From Bacilli bacterium (GTDB lineage: Bacteria > Bacillota_I > Bacilli_A > RFN20 > DUOF01), in the NCBI GenBank assembly GCA_017517765.1, contig JAFWYE010000006.1, positions 58,665 to 122,664 of the forward strand: a stretch of 64,000 nucleotides of DNA, in the 5' to 3' direction. Of this stretch, positions 20,791 to 31,651 are shown one piece after another. Made by a program: the position numbers and the translations under genes. The notes beneath the pieces were generated by a model. It saw nothing but the letters and a program-made list of their open reading frames with translations. It was not told the DNA's origin and searched no databases. Each line of letters begins with the position of its first letter. The stretch's first letter is position 1.

Positions 20791-21784
20791 TATAAATTAA
20801 CTCTCTACTGTTAGAATAAGAGAGTTTTTTTAAATTTTCTTTTATTTTTTTAATTCTTTTATTATCGTTTAAAAGTTCTTCAATAGAATTTTTTAAAGAA
20901 CTTGCACTAAGATTCTTTTCCTCTAGTAACAAAGCTCCATTTTGATCTGTAAGGTATTTAGCATTTTTATATTGATGGTTATCTTTAACATAGGGAGAAG
21001 GTATTAAAATTGAAGGAATATTATAATTTATTATTTCAAGTAAAGTTGTTGCCCCACTTCTAGAAATCACTAAATCCGCCTCTTTAAGATATGAGATAAG
21101 TGAATTTAAATATGGATAAACAAATAAGTTACTTTTTTTATGTATTTTAGAATTAAAACTTTCATAGTGTTTTTTCCCTGTAACTATATGATAGTTATAA
21201 TTAGTATTCAAATTTTTAGTTAACTCTAGTAGTGATGCATTAACACTCTCACTCCCTAAACTTCCCATAACAATAAATATATTTTTTCTTTTCTTATCAA
21301 GCTTAACTTTAATTGTATCATTTAAATCCGCCTTAGGATTACCTACTAATAGACTCTTCTTCTTATAAATGTCTTTTTCTATAGGCAAAGATAAATATAC
21401 TCTTTTAGCCATCAATCCAATAAGCTTATTTGCTCTTCCATATACTATATTTTGCTCATGTAAATAGATAGGTATCTTATTTTTAAATGCAACAAGAGCA
21501 AAACTAAAACTAATATAATTTCCAAACAATATAAGAGCATCAGGATTATAATCCTTATATATTTGATCTATTTTTTTATAATTAAAAACCAAACTTTTTA
21601 ATTTCTTTTTGTTTATATTTAACAAGAGATAATTAAGACCACTATCCATATATATTTTTTCTTCCATCGAATTAGTGGCTCCAATTAATAATACTTCATC
21701 ACCCTTGCTTTTAAAATATTTAGCTAACTCTAAGCAAGGATAAATATGTCCTCCACTACCTCCTGCCACTAGTATTACTTTCAT
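20765..21784 (-). CDS. murG: Lipid II GlcNAc transferase MurG
   Basis: GGSGGHIYP, HEQN, GSLG, SRSGATT, HQYKNA. Confidence 0.96.
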   Translation of the reverse strand: MKVILVAGGSGGHIYPCLELAKYFKSKGDEVLLIGATNSMEEKIYMDSGLNYLLLNINKKKLKSLVFNYKKIDQIYKDYNPDALILFGNYISFSFALVAFKNKIPIYLHEQNIVYGRANKLIGLMAKRVYLSLPIEKDIYKKKSLLVGNPKADLNDTIKVKLDKKRKNIFIVMGSLGSESVNASLLELTKNLNTNYNYHIVTGKKHYESFNSKIHKKSNLFVYPYLNSLISYLKEADLVISRSGATTLLEIINYNIPSILIPSPYVKDNHQYKNAKYLTDQNGALLLEEKNLSASSLKNSIEELLNDNKRIKKIKENLKKLSYSNSRELIYNDISIYEK

Positions 21785-22874
21785 TTTTATTCTCCTTTCT
21801 TGAAATATTAATTAATAATCCAGTTAAAGCAAGGGTTACAATAAGAGAAGTCCCTCCATAAGAAATAAAAGGAAGTGTTATACCAGTTACTGGAATTAGT
21901 CCTACAACTACCGATAAATTAATAATTACTTGAATACTAATAACACCCACTATTCCTATCCCTAAATAACTTTTCTTTAAATCTTTACTTTCTTTAGAAC
22001 ACTTAAGACCCGTTAAAATAAAACTTAAAAATAAAATTAAAACAATCACTCCTCCAATAAATCCCCATTCTTCACATAAAATAGCAAAAATAAAATCGGT
22101 TTGTGGTTCTGGTAAATAAAAATGTTTTTGTATACTTCCATCAAATCCTTCTCCAAGAAGACCACCTGGAGACAAGGAATATATTGATTGTATTATTTGA
22201 AAGCCACTCCCTAAAGGATCTGTAAATGGGTCGATATATGAGGTTATTCTCTCCAACCTATATGGCTCTGCCAATATTAATAAAGCTAGACCCAAAACCC
22301 CTATTAATCCCAAATATATGTAATGTGATATTTTACTTCTGCTAGTAAAACTCATAATGAGTATAGTAAGCAAAATTACAATTCCACTACCAAAGTCTGG
22401 TTGAAACATTATAAATAAGAAAGTTAATCCTGCCATCAACAATACAACAAAAGTACTTTTAAAAAATTTATCACTTTCTTTGTACTTATCAGATAAATAT
22501 TTACTAGTAAAAAGTATTAATGCAAATTTAGAAATCTCAGATGGTTGAAAAGATGCACTCCCAAATCCCAACCAACTTCTACTCCCATTTTTTACAATTG
22601 ATATACCCGGTATCAAAACTAAAATAAGTAATAAAAAGCTAAATCCTAATAAGAGTTTATTATATTTATATATTGCATCTAAATTGATCTTACTAAAAAT
22701 AAATAAAGCCACATATCCAAGTATCATAAATACAAGTTGCCTATTAAAATAATATAAACTATCGCCCTTACTGTATAGAGCCCATATTTTCGAAGAGCTA
22801 TACACTTCATATAACCCTATAATAGTTAAGATAATAGTAATAACAAGTATTCTTTTTCCCTCTTTACTTAGCAT
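21756..22874 (-). CDS. spoVE: SEDS glycosyltransferase SpoVE/FtsW
   Basis: NGSRSW, QPSEISK, QPDFG, YLPEPQTDFIFAILCEE, TGITLPFISYGGTS; between murD and murG. Confidence 0.9.
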   Translation of the reverse strand: MLSKEGKRILVITIILTIIGLYEVYSSSKIWALYSKGDSLYYFNRQLVFMILGYVALFIFSKINLDAIYKYNKLLLGFSFLLLILVLIPGISIVKNGSRSWLGFGSASFQPSEISKFALILFTSKYLSDKYKESDKFFKSTFVVLLMAGLTFLFIMFQPDFGSGIVILLTILIMSFTSRSKISHYIYLGLIGVLGLALLILAEPYRLERITSYIDPFTDPLGSGFQIIQSIYSLSPGGLLGEGFDGSIQKHFYLPEPQTDFIFAILCEEWGFIGGVIVLILFLSFILTGLKCSKESKDLKKSYLGIGIVGVISIQVIINLSVVVGLIPVTGITLPFISYGGTSLIVTLALTGLLINISRKENKNESNTSGRR

Positions 22875-24144
22875 AATAATTCCTTAAATAATTATCAAAA
22901 AACTCTCCTCTTGAAATATAGTTTTTAAATTCATCAAAACTAGCACATCCAGGAGAAAATAAAACAATATCATTTGGTCTAGCTATCATAAGTGTGTAAT
23001 CAAGAGCTAGCTTTAAAGATTCAAATTTAGAGTCAACATTTACATTTTCATCTAATTCACTTGCTAATTTTCCAAAGCATATAATTCTTTTAAAACTATA
23101 ATTATTTAAAAATTCAAAATCTAAATTTTTATTATATCCTCCAAAAAGTAATATTAGATTCTTAGACTTATAAGTATCTATAGCTCCTTTTAAACTGCTT
23201 GTACATGTGGATTTAGAATCATTAATAAAAGTTATGTTATTAATAATCTTTTTATCCAGATGATATTTTAAGGTATGAAAGTTATTTATTACTTCTTCAC
23301 TCACATTAATATTTAAAATATTAAGCACACTGATACATGCAAGCAAATTATCAAAATTATGCTTTCCTTCTAGTTTATAACTAGATATATCAAATAATCT
23401 TTGAGACTTATAGTATAAGTTATTGTAATAAATAGAATAGTCACTTTTATAATCTATTAAAGTGGAATTAATCTTATCTAGATCAATATATTCATTGATA
23501 ATATCATTATCGAAACGCGTAATAAAATAATCTTTTTTAGATTGGTTATTAGTAATTTTAAATTTTGATAAATAATATTTTTTCTTACTTTTATAAAAAT
23601 CCAAATGATTATCATAAATATTTAAAAGCAAAGCAATATGAAACTTCATACTAATAAAGTCATCTATTTGGAAACTGCTTACTTCTAAAATAATTATAGT
23701 ATCATTATTAATTTCATCTATCTTACTAATAAGTGGCACTCCAATGTTTCCAGCCAATATCACATTATCATGCTTTGCTTTTATTAATTCATATAACAAA
23801 CTTACAACACTACTTTTACCTACACTACCAGTAACTCCTATATATTTTCCTTTTTTATTAGCTAAGATATAGGCAAGTTCAATCTCATTTATTACTTTGA
23901 TATTATTTTTTCTAAGATAAATAACACTTTTGTGATAATAGGGAATACCTGGGCTTTTTATACAATATTTAATTTTATCTAAATTCAAATATCTTAAATT
24001 ATCATAATCAACCACTAATTCATCATATTTTCTAGCTTTATCAATCTCTTCTTTATTTACTACTATTATCATCTTCTTATTTAATTCTTTAAGTTTATTA
24101 ATAACAGCAATACTACTAATACCTAAACCTAATATTAAATACAA
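22864..24144 (-). CDS. murD: UDP-MurNAc-L-Ala:D-Glu ligase
   Basis: KSPGIP, GVTGSVGKS, EVSSFQ, NDSKST, SPGCASFD. Confidence 0.95.
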   Translation of the reverse strand: MYLILGLGISSIAVINKLKELNKKMIIVVNKEEIDKARKYDELVVDYDNLRYLNLDKIKYCIKSPGIPYYHKSVIYLRKNNIKVINEIELAYILANKKGKYIGVTGSVGKSSVVSLLYELIKAKHDNVILAGNIGVPLISKIDEINNDTIIILEVSSFQIDDFISMKFHIALLLNIYDNHLDFYKSKKKYYLSKFKITNNQSKKDYFITRFDNDIINEYIDLDKINSTLIDYKSDYSIYYNNLYYKSQRLFDISSYKLEGKHNFDNLLACISVLNILNINVSEEVINNFHTLKYHLDKKIINNITFINDSKSTCTSSLKGAIDTYKSKNLILLFGGYNKNLDFEFLNNYSFKRIICFGKLASELDENVNVDSKFESLKLALDYTLMIARPNDIVLFSPGCASFDEFKNYISRGEFFDNYLRNYYAK

Positions 24145-25125
24145 TTATATCCCTCCTAAAGTTTCTATTATTAATGCTAATACACACAAAAATATTCCAA
24201 CAAGATAAAATCCCATTACTACTCTTACCTCATCTACACCCTTCTTTTCAAAATGATGATGGATAGGTGTCATTAAAAACACCCTTTTTCCTGTTGTCTT
24301 AAATGAAATAACTTGAATTATTACACTAAGTGCCTCTATAACAAAAACAAGGCCAACTATTAATAAAATTATTTCACTTTTTAAAATTATAGCCACACTT
24401 CCGATTACACTACCCAAATATAGAGACCCTGAATCACCCATAAAAATTTTTGCAGGAGGAAAATTAAAATATAAAAATCCCATAAGAGATCCTACAAGTG
24501 ATGATAAAAATATTGCTATCAAATATTCTTTACTATATAGCGACAATAAGATAAAAGGAGCAATTGCAATCATTGTTAATCCTGCTGCAAGACCATCTAA
24601 GCCATCTGTTAAATTAATAGAGTTACTACTTCCAACTAAAACAATGATTAAAAATACTAAAAAGAAATATTTGATATCTATATAAGTATTTAAGACGGGG
24701 ATATTAATTCTATGTAAATCCAGATCACTATTTTTTAAAATAACGACAAAATAAATTACTATAGCTATTTCTAAAATAATTCTTATTTTGCCACTAAGTC
24801 CCTTATATGAATTGCTCTTTTTTTTGAAATAATCATCAAAATAACCAACAAGAAAAAACATAGTAGACACAAATAAAAGAGCAAATATTTTATAGTCATA
24901 ACTCATAAACAAGCTAGAAGTAAAAAAAGCAATGAGTGTAGATAAAAAGAAACCCTTTCCTCCTCCACTTACAGTTCCATTTTTAACATTATGCGTATCG
25001 ATATAATTTCTTTCTACTTGTCTATTACTACCTTTGCTTATTATTCTTTTAGTAAAAACAACTGATAGAAAACATGAAAAAATTATGCTAAAAACAATTC
25101 TAATAAAAATTATTTCTCTAGACAT
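24145..25125 (-). CDS. mraY: Phospho-MurNAc-pentapeptide translocase
   Basis: GYFDD, NSINLTDGLDGL, IFMGDSGS, PIHHHFE. Confidence 0.96.
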   Translation of the reverse strand: MSREIIFIRIVFSIIFSCFLSVVFTKRIISKGSNRQVERNYIDTHNVKNGTVSGGGKGFFLSTLIAFFTSSLFMSYDYKIFALLFVSTMFFLVGYFDDYFKKKSNSYKGLSGKIRIILEIAIVIYFVVILKNSDLDLHRINIPVLNTYIDIKYFFLVFLIIVLVGSSNSINLTDGLDGLAAGLTMIAIAPFILLSLYSKEYLIAIFLSSLVGSLMGFLYFNFPPAKIFMGDSGSLYLGSVIGSVAIILKSEIILLIVGLVFVIEALSVIIQVISFKTTGKRVFLMTPIHHHFEKKGVDEVRVVMGFYLVGIFLCVLALIIETLGGI

Positions 25126-26510
25126 TCTTTTACTATTTTCCTATCACTCAAATGATATTTAATATCTCCTATAATTTGATATTCTTCATGCCCTTTACCA
25201 AGTATTAATAGCAAATCTCCCTTATCCAATTTACTAATAGCATTTCTAATTGCCTCTTTTCTATCCTTTATTATTTTATAATTACCTCTATCTTTTATAA
25301 GGGAAGTAATATCACCTATTATTTCATCTTCATTTTCATTTCTAGGATTATCATTGCAAATATATACTAAATCACTATTTAAAGAAGCAATATATCCCAT
25401 GATTGCCCTTTTTTTCTTATCTCTATTACCGCCACAGCCAAAAAGTGTAACAATCTTATTATCTTTTATTTTATTGGATTCTAATAAAATTCTCTCCATT
25501 GCATCAGGAGTATGAGCATAATCTAATATGATATGATAATCTTTATTTACTAAAACTTCTCCTCTTCCATTTACTACATTAAGATTCTTCATAACTCTAG
25601 TAATATCACCTTTGTTAATCCCTAAATATTTAAGAATTAAATAACACATTGATAAGTTATAAAGATTTGTTTCAAATAATAACTTAGAAGTAATTATACT
25701 TCCATCTATTTCAAAACATAACCCATTTAAATCATTGCTAATTAAGTTAATCTTATAGCCATCTTTTTTTCCAAATCCTATTACTTTTCCCTTGTAGTCA
25801 TTTATAATTTTTTTAGCATATAAATCATCCATATTAACAATTGCTATACTCTCTTTTTTAGCATTATCAAAAAAACTCTTTTTGCTTAGGAAATACTTCT
25901 CCATATTATCATAGTAATCAAGATGATCTTGGCTTAAATTAGTAAACCCTAAAATATTAAAATCTAATATATCAACTCTCCCTAAACTAAGAGAATGACT
26001 ACTAACTTCCATTACTATATATTTACAACCTCTATTTTTAGCTTTTACTATTTCATTTGCTAAAACATCTATTTCAGGAGTAGTATTATCTAATGCCATA
26101 TAATACTCTCTATCAATAACTCCTAAAGTACCAATATAGGTTGAATACATACCTAAATTTGTTAATGATTCATACACTAAATGAGCAGTGCTTGTTTTAC
26201 CATTTGTCCCAGTTATACCTATAATTTTAATATTGGAAAAATCATAGAAATTTTTCACCAAATTATTTCTATCCATATCTATATTATTACTTTTATATAT
26301 ATTATCACCATTAATACTATCGCTAATAACACACACCGCACCATTATTAAATGCTTCTTTTATATATTCATTTCCATCATATTTATTACCCTTTTTAGCA
26401 ACAAATATATCACCACTTTTTACTCTTTTAGAATCAAAGCAAACACCTTTTACTTCTCTACTATCATAACAATCAATACCTATACTTTTAAGTAATAAAT
26501 TAACTTGCAT
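25110..26510 (-). CDS. murE: UDP-MurNAc-tripeptide synthetase (meso-DAP type)
   Basis: GITGTNGKTS, MEVSSH, DYAHTPDA, DNPR specificity motif, GKGHE. Confidence 0.96.
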   Translation of the reverse strand: MQVNLLLKSIGIDCYDSREVKGVCFDSKRVKSGDIFVAKKGNKYDGNEYIKEAFNNGAVCVISDSINGDNIYKSNNIDMDRNNLVKNFYDFSNIKIIGITGTNGKTSTAHLVYESLTNLGMYSTYIGTLGVIDREYYMALDNTTPEIDVLANEIVKAKNRGCKYIVMEVSSHSLSLGRVDILDFNILGFTNLSQDHLDYYDNMEKYFLSKKSFFDNAKKESIAIVNMDDLYAKKIINDYKGKVIGFGKKDGYKINLISNDLNGLCFEIDGSIITSKLLFETNLYNLSMCYLILKYLGINKGDITRVMKNLNVVNGRGEVLVNKDYHIILDYAHTPDAMERILLESNKIKDNKIVTLFGCGGNRDKKKRAIMGYIASLNSDLVYICNDNPRNENEDEIIGDITSLIKDRGNYKIIKDRKEAIRNAISKLDKGDLLLILGKGHEEYQIIGDIKYHLSDRKIVKECLEK

Positions 26511-26586
26511 ATATACCTCCTAGTTAACTCTATTACTCAAAAAAATATTTATTCTTTAAAAATAAAAAGTGGATGAATTTCATCCA

Positions 26587-27597
26587 CTATTTTGCTTTAT
26601 ATTTATCTAATTTTTTCTTATATTGATCAACAGTATACACACCATTTAAATATTGTTTTTCTAACACATTAAGTTCATCTATTTGCTCTAACGTAAGATT
26701 ATTTAAAGCTACTCCTAAATAAGCAATATAGAATGCATCTTGAAGCATATATCTTTGATGTATTAAAGTTTGCTTAGTTGTAACTGTATCTGTTCCAGTG
26801 TATACATAAGCATCTCCAAGATCTGCTGCTGTATCAAATACTCTACTAGTTGTTGATCTTACTTTCCCAGATGATCTTGAAGGACTACTTTTACTACTAC
26901 TGCTACTACCACCACTAGATCCTCCACCTATATCAATATCAAGGTCTCCATCACTTGCCATAAGTAAGAAAATACCAGCAACAACAAGTATTGCTAACGT
27001 AATACCAAAGTATCCATATGACATACCATCAATTATTGTCTTTTTATCTGATGTAACTACAATTAATGCAATTATGTAATGAATTATTGTAATAACTCCA
27101 AACATAATAATAAATATGTTAAATTCATCACTAAGCATTGGCAATAAATATATCCAATATAAAGCTCCACCTACCACAATAAGTAAGAAGCCTATAATAC
27201 CTGGTAAAACCCTTGTATCAAACATATAAAATAAATAATACAAAACAAATATGATACCTGCAAATATTGCTGCCATTATAACTGATGGAATTATATTTAT
27301 TGACATTTCAAGTAGCATGAATAGTAGTCCAAATATACTTCCAATAGCAATACTATTACAACATATACTAATTATTCTCATTGTTCTACGACTATCTTCG
27401 CAAACAAATAAAAATACAATTGCTGTAATTAATCCTGCAATAATAAGTATTGCTGAATAAAGTGGTGTCATAAATCTATTTACAACATGAAACATAGTAA
27501 CAATAATTGCAAACGAAAGCATTAATGCAGCACCAACATCTAATAACACATTATCCTTTTCCATAAAAACCCTCCATAACACAAAATATATTAACAC
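26587..27597 (-). CDS. Hypothetical polytopic membrane protein with Gly/Ser-rich linker and soluble C-terminal domain
   Basis: About 7 TM segments then DGDLDIDIGGGSSGGSSSS. Confidence 0.75.
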   Translation of the reverse strand: MLIYFVLWRVFMEKDNVLLDVGAALMLSFAIIVTMFHVVNRFMTPLYSAILIIAGLITAIVFLFVCEDSRRTMRIISICCNSIAIGSIFGLLFMLLEMSINIIPSVIMAAIFAGIIFVLYYLFYMFDTRVLPGIIGFLLIVVGGALYWIYLLPMLSDEFNIFIIMFGVITIIHYIIALIVVTSDKKTIIDGMSYGYFGITLAILVVAGIFLLMASDGDLDIDIGGGSSGGSSSSSKSSPSRSSGKVRSTTSRVFDTAADLGDAYVYTGTDTVTTKQTLIHQRYMLQDAFYIAYLGVALNNLTLEQIDELNVLEKQYLNGVYTVDQYKKKLDKYKAK

Positions 27598-27641
27598 AAT
27601 TTTATATTTTTTTATATTTAAAAGTCCTATAATATTAAAAG

Positions 27642-28400
27642 GTGATATTTATGATGATGCTTAATGCTTTTATTGATTGGTTTACAGGTAATAGAGAAAA
27701 CCACCTTCCTGGTGGAGGACTTTTTTCTATTTTACATATTATTTTGATAATCCTATTCTTTGCTATTATCATTTTTAATTTCATATATTCTAAAAAGAAT
27801 AATAAATATGCTGATAAGGTTGTACTTATTTGTTGTATTGTAATGCCTATATCTAGATTTATAAGAATGATTATGGAAGTTTGTTTTGGTTTAAAACAAC
27901 CATTAGAAGCTCTACCTTTTCACTTATGTCATATAATGTCATTTGTGATTCCACTAGTTTATTTTACCAAATGGAAAAAAGCATTTCCTTGTGTAATGTT
28001 TTATGGAATGCTTGGTGGAACTATGACTTTTCTTTTTGGAGACTATTATGCATATAACGTTTTAAACTTTTATGATATAGAAAGTATTATACTTCATGTA
28101 ATGTTAGCCATGACTGCAACCAGTTCATTTGCTAAAGGTGATTTTAAATTTACTGTTTATAACATCCATTATATACCTATATTCATGTTAATACTTGCAT
28201 GTTGGGCGGAATTTGGAAACACAATATTTGGTACTAACTTCATGTATATTAGAGAAAATGGATTACCATTTAAATTACTTCCAGGGCACTTCTTATTTAC
28301 ATACATTCTTATAGCCTTTGTAATATTCTTCCTTATGTATCTTCCATTTATAATAAAACATTTTAAAAATAAAAAAGAAATAAAAAATAGTGCTGAGTAA
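27642..28400 (+). CDS. YwaF/TMEM164-like integral membrane protein
   Basis: LPFHLC, ILH, TNFMYI motifs. Confidence 0.75.
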   Translation: MIFMMMLNAFIDWFTGNRENHLPGGGLFSILHIILIILFFAIIIFNFIYSKKNNKYADKVVLICCIVMPISRFIRMIMEVCFGLKQPLEALPFHLCHIMSFVIPLVYFTKWKKAFPCVMFYGMLGGTMTFLFGDYYAYNVLNFYDIESIILHVMLAMTATSSFAKGDFKFTVYNIHYIPIFMLILACWAEFGNTIFGTNFMYIRENGLPFKLLPGHFLFTYILIAFVIFFLMYLPFIIKHFKNKKEIKNSAE

Positions 28401-28413
28401 GCACTATTTTATT

Positions 28414-28710
28414 TTATAAAAAGAAATGTAAAACTAAAATTATTACAACTGCTGGAAGACCAAATACACCAACTGCTAATGATTTCCAAATATCAACTGA
28501 AATATTAACTCCTGGTATGTAATTAATTAAGAATAATACTAATCCACCAACAATAATATTAATTAAAATTGTAACAATTGTTTTTACTTTAAAATGGAAT
28601 AACTTCAATAATAAGATTAAAATAATTCCAACTAAAGCATAACTAATTATTGGATAAAATGGTTCTAAAAAAACTAAAAATTCGTTTATAATTTCTGGCA
28701 TATAAATCAC
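28414..28710 (-). CDS. bofA: Pro-sigma-K processing inhibitor BofA family
   Basis: IIVGGLVLFLIN...SLAVGVFGLPAV pattern, small membrane protein. Confidence 0.75.
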   Translation of the reverse strand: MIYMPEIINEFLVFLEPFYPIISYALVGIILILLLKLFHFKVKTIVTILINIIVGGLVLFLINYIPGVNISVDIWKSLAVGVFGLPAVVIILVLHFFL

Positions 28711-28809
28711 TCCCTTAATTAATAATATACATTAATATAAATAAATTTAGTTAATTTTTAGTAAACTAAATTACTTTTTTTACATATAATTAATCTTGTG
28801 GTGATATAA

Positions 28810-29484
28810 ATGGAAAAGAACGTAATAATAAAATATGAAGATATATTAAAAAACAAAGAGATAGCTACTTACATATCAAAGGCAGATTTATCTTTAGAAT
28901 CTATGGGATATACAGATCATTCTGCATGTCATGTAACTAAATGTGCTGAAGTAGTCAAACAAATATTAACAACATTTGATTACTCATCTAGAGATATCAA
29001 TTTAGGACAAATTGCAGCTTATATGCATGATATTGGTAATGTTATAAATAGGCACAACCATGCTCAAACAGGAGCAGTTATGGCATTTAGAATCTTAGAT
29101 AATTTAGGACTTAGTAGTGAAGATATAGCTACTGTTGTAAATGCTATAGGTAATCATGATGAACACGATGGTTTCCCTGTTAATAATGTTACTGCTGCAC
29201 TTATATTAGCAGATAAAACAGATGTAAGAAGAAGTAGAGTTAGAAATACTAAGCACATGGATACTGACATTCATGATAGAGTAAATTATGCAGTAAAAGA
29301 AAATAAAATAGATATTGATAAAGAAAATAGAACTCTAACTTTAAGACTTACTCTAGATACTGAAATAACTCCAATAATGGACTACTTTGAAATATTTTTA
29401 CAAAGAATGAGTATGTGTAATAATGCTGCTAAAGCATTAAACATACAGTTCAAACTTGTAATAAATGAGCAAGAATTATTATAA
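28810..29484 (+). CDS. HD-domain phosphohydrolase
   Basis: DHSACH...MHDIG...HDE...ADKTD. Confidence 0.88.
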   Translation: MEKNVIIKYEDILKNKEIATYISKADLSLESMGYTDHSACHVTKCAEVVKQILTTFDYSSRDINLGQIAAYMHDIGNVINRHNHAQTGAVMAFRILDNLGLSSEDIATVVNAIGNHDEHDGFPVNNVTAALILADKTDVRRSRVRNTKHMDTDIHDRVNYAVKENKIDIDKENRTLTLRLTLDTEITPIMDYFEIFLQRMSMCNNAAKALNIQFKLVINEQELL

Positions 29485-29520
29485 AAAAAGCAATGCCAAC
29501 AAGCATTGTTTTTATTTATA

Positions 29521-30282
29521 TTAAAAGTTAATATCATATCCTTTATATACTTCAAGTATAAAATCTTTAAACTCACTTTTATTTAAGACTTTACCCCTAG
29601 GAGGAAAACATTCTAAATAATCTATCTCTCTTTTGGTCTTATTTAAAGCATTTACAATCTTATACCAATCAATATTCCCTCTTCCTACAATATCATGACT
29701 ATCTTCTTTAAAATTATCATGAATATGAGTAGTAACAATTAAGTCTTTATATTTATTCAAAAATTCTATCTCATCAGAATAACAATGTGCATGACCTGAA
29801 TCATAGCAAATACAAATATTATCTATTCCCTCTTTCATAACTATCTCTAAATTAGTATTATTTCTAACATTTTCAAAACATAATCTAACATTATATTTTA
29901 ATAACTTTTTAGAAATCTTCTTAAGCCTTTTTAAAGTATAGGAAGAAATAAGTGGAGGTTCATTTCCTTTTGAAGCATGTATAACAAGATCTCTTATTTT
30001 GTAATTTATTGCTTCATCTACTTTCATTTCAACATAGTTAATAAATTCATTATCTTCATTTAAAGAGAGCATATTGCTCTTTTTATAGTCTAAATGCAAT
30101 TGAGAAAGCTTTAATCCAACTTCTTTAGAGGCATTTATTAAATCTAAATATGTTTCTCCCTCTTTTAAATAATCATTATCAAAATAAAAACCAACATAAT
30201 TGAATCCAACTTCCTTATATATTTCAAATCTTTCTTTAATACTTAAATCAGTTGAATCAATATCATAAATTCCTATATCCAT
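29521..30282 (-). CDS. Sugar phosphate isomerase/epimerase-like TIM barrel
   Basis: CFEN, CYDSGHAH, HIHDN, H..VGRGNIDW. Confidence 0.85.
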   Translation of the reverse strand: MDIGIYDIDSTDLSIKERFEIYKEVGFNYVGFYFDNDYLKEGETYLDLINASKEVGLKLSQLHLDYKKSNMLSLNEDNEFINYVEMKVDEAINYKIRDLVIHASKGNEPPLISSYTLKRLKKISKKLLKYNVRLCFENVRNNTNLEIVMKEGIDNICICYDSGHAHCYSDEIEFLNKYKDLIVTTHIHDNFKEDSHDIVGRGNIDWYKIVNALNKTKREIDYLECFPPRGKVLNKSEFKDFILEVYKGYDINF

Positions 30283-30415
30283 AATAAATACCTCCTATCG
30301 CTTATTAATATTAGATAATCACTTAAAATTAGTCAATTAATTAAGTTATGATATTCTTATCATAAATTTTTTTGATATAATGTCATAGCAATATTTATTG
30401 TATGAGGTGATATAG

Positions 30416-31138
30416 ATGATTAAAGCTATATTTTTTGATTTAGATGGAACTTTGCTTCCTTTAAAGGATAGTGAATTTTCTGCATTGTATGTAAAGCTAC
30501 TAGTTACTAAATTAGCAAAGCATGGTTATGAGCCTTCTAAAATGGTTACTAATATTCAAGAATTAATGAAGTTAATGTATGCCAATGATGGTAGTAAAAC
30601 TAGCGAAGAAGTATTCTTAGATTTGTTCACAAAAGAATATGGAAATAAAGTATATGAAGATGCAGAACTTTACAATTCATTTTATAAAAATGAGTTTAGA
30701 GAATTGAAAACTATTTGTGGTGAAAATAAGTTAGCTAAAGATATAGTAAAATATGCAAAAGATAAAGCGGGACTAGTAGTTTTAGCAACTAACTCTCTTT
30801 TGCCACATGAAGCTGTAAAAACTAGAATTAGTTTCTTAGATTTAACTAGTGATGATTTTGATTATATTAGTAAATATGAAACTTTGCATTGTACAAAACC
30901 AAATCCAAATTTCTTTAATGAAATCTTAGCTGAATTACATCTATTACCAGAAGAAATAATAATGTTTGGAAACAATGCTCATGAAGATGGACTTTGTGCC
31001 TTGCAAGCTGGAATAAAAACATATTTAGTAGACATTGGTTGTATTATCTATCCTGAATATGTAAAAGAAAAATTTGAAATAATTAATTTTGAAGATATTC
31101 CTAATATCATTGATAAAGAAATTGAATTAAATAAATAA
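30416..31138 (+). CDS. HAD-superfamily hydrolase
   Basis: FFDLDGTLL, LATN, KPNP, MFGNN. Confidence 0.9.
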   Translation: MIKAIFFDLDGTLLPLKDSEFSALYVKLLVTKLAKHGYEPSKMVTNIQELMKLMYANDGSKTSEEVFLDLFTKEYGNKVYEDAELYNSFYKNEFRELKTICGENKLAKDIVKYAKDKAGLVVLATNSLLPHEAVKTRISFLDLTSDDFDYISKYETLHCTKPNPNFFNEILAELHLLPEEIIMFGNNAHEDGLCALQAGIKTYLVDIGCIIYPEYVKEKFEIINFEDIPNIIDKEIELNK

Positions 31139-31156
31139 AAAGGGGTCAATCATAGA

Positions 31157-31651
31157 TTAACTCCTTTTATATTCTATATAGAATTGATGAGCAGCCTTAG
31201 AGTCACTAGTATCATCAAGATTTGTAATAATTCCACCCATTTTAAGATAAAATCCTAATGCTTTATCATTATATTTATTGCAATTAACAAAATATTTTTC
31301 AATTTTATTATCTAAACAATATTTATTTATATATTCAAATACTTTTCTTCCAATCCCATTTCCTTGATATTCCTTTAAAATATACAATGAATTTATACAA
31401 TGTGTATAATCCAAATACTTGTGCCTAGGGATTCCAAAAGAAAAATATCCTATAAGTTTATTATCGTTTTCTAAAACATATAATTCATCTAATTTACTTT
31501 TAAATTTATTTTCATGATATAAATAATCATAATTATCTAAATCACTATCATCATATATGCCTCTATAGGTAGTAAGCCATACTTTTTGTTTAATTATAGA
31601 AAGTATCTTACAATCTTCTTCTTTAGCTTTTCTTATTACTAAATCTATCAT
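31157..31651 (-). CDS. GNAT N-acetyltransferase
   Basis: LYILKEYQGNGIG acetyl-CoA motif, ALGFYLKMGG. Confidence 0.9.
   Translation of the reverse strand: MIDLVIRKAKEEDCKILSIIKQKVWLTTYRGIYDDSDLDNYDYLYHENKFKSKLDELYVLENDNKLIGYFSFGIPRHKYLDYTHCINSLYILKEYQGNGIGRKVFEYINKYCLDNKIEKYFVNCNKYNDKALGFYLKMGGIITNLDDTSDSKAAHQFYIEYKRS

Noticed and set aside
26880-26930. ACT/GCT-rich low-complexity run
   Set aside because: Encodes the Ser/Gly linker of the membrane protein, not an independent repeat
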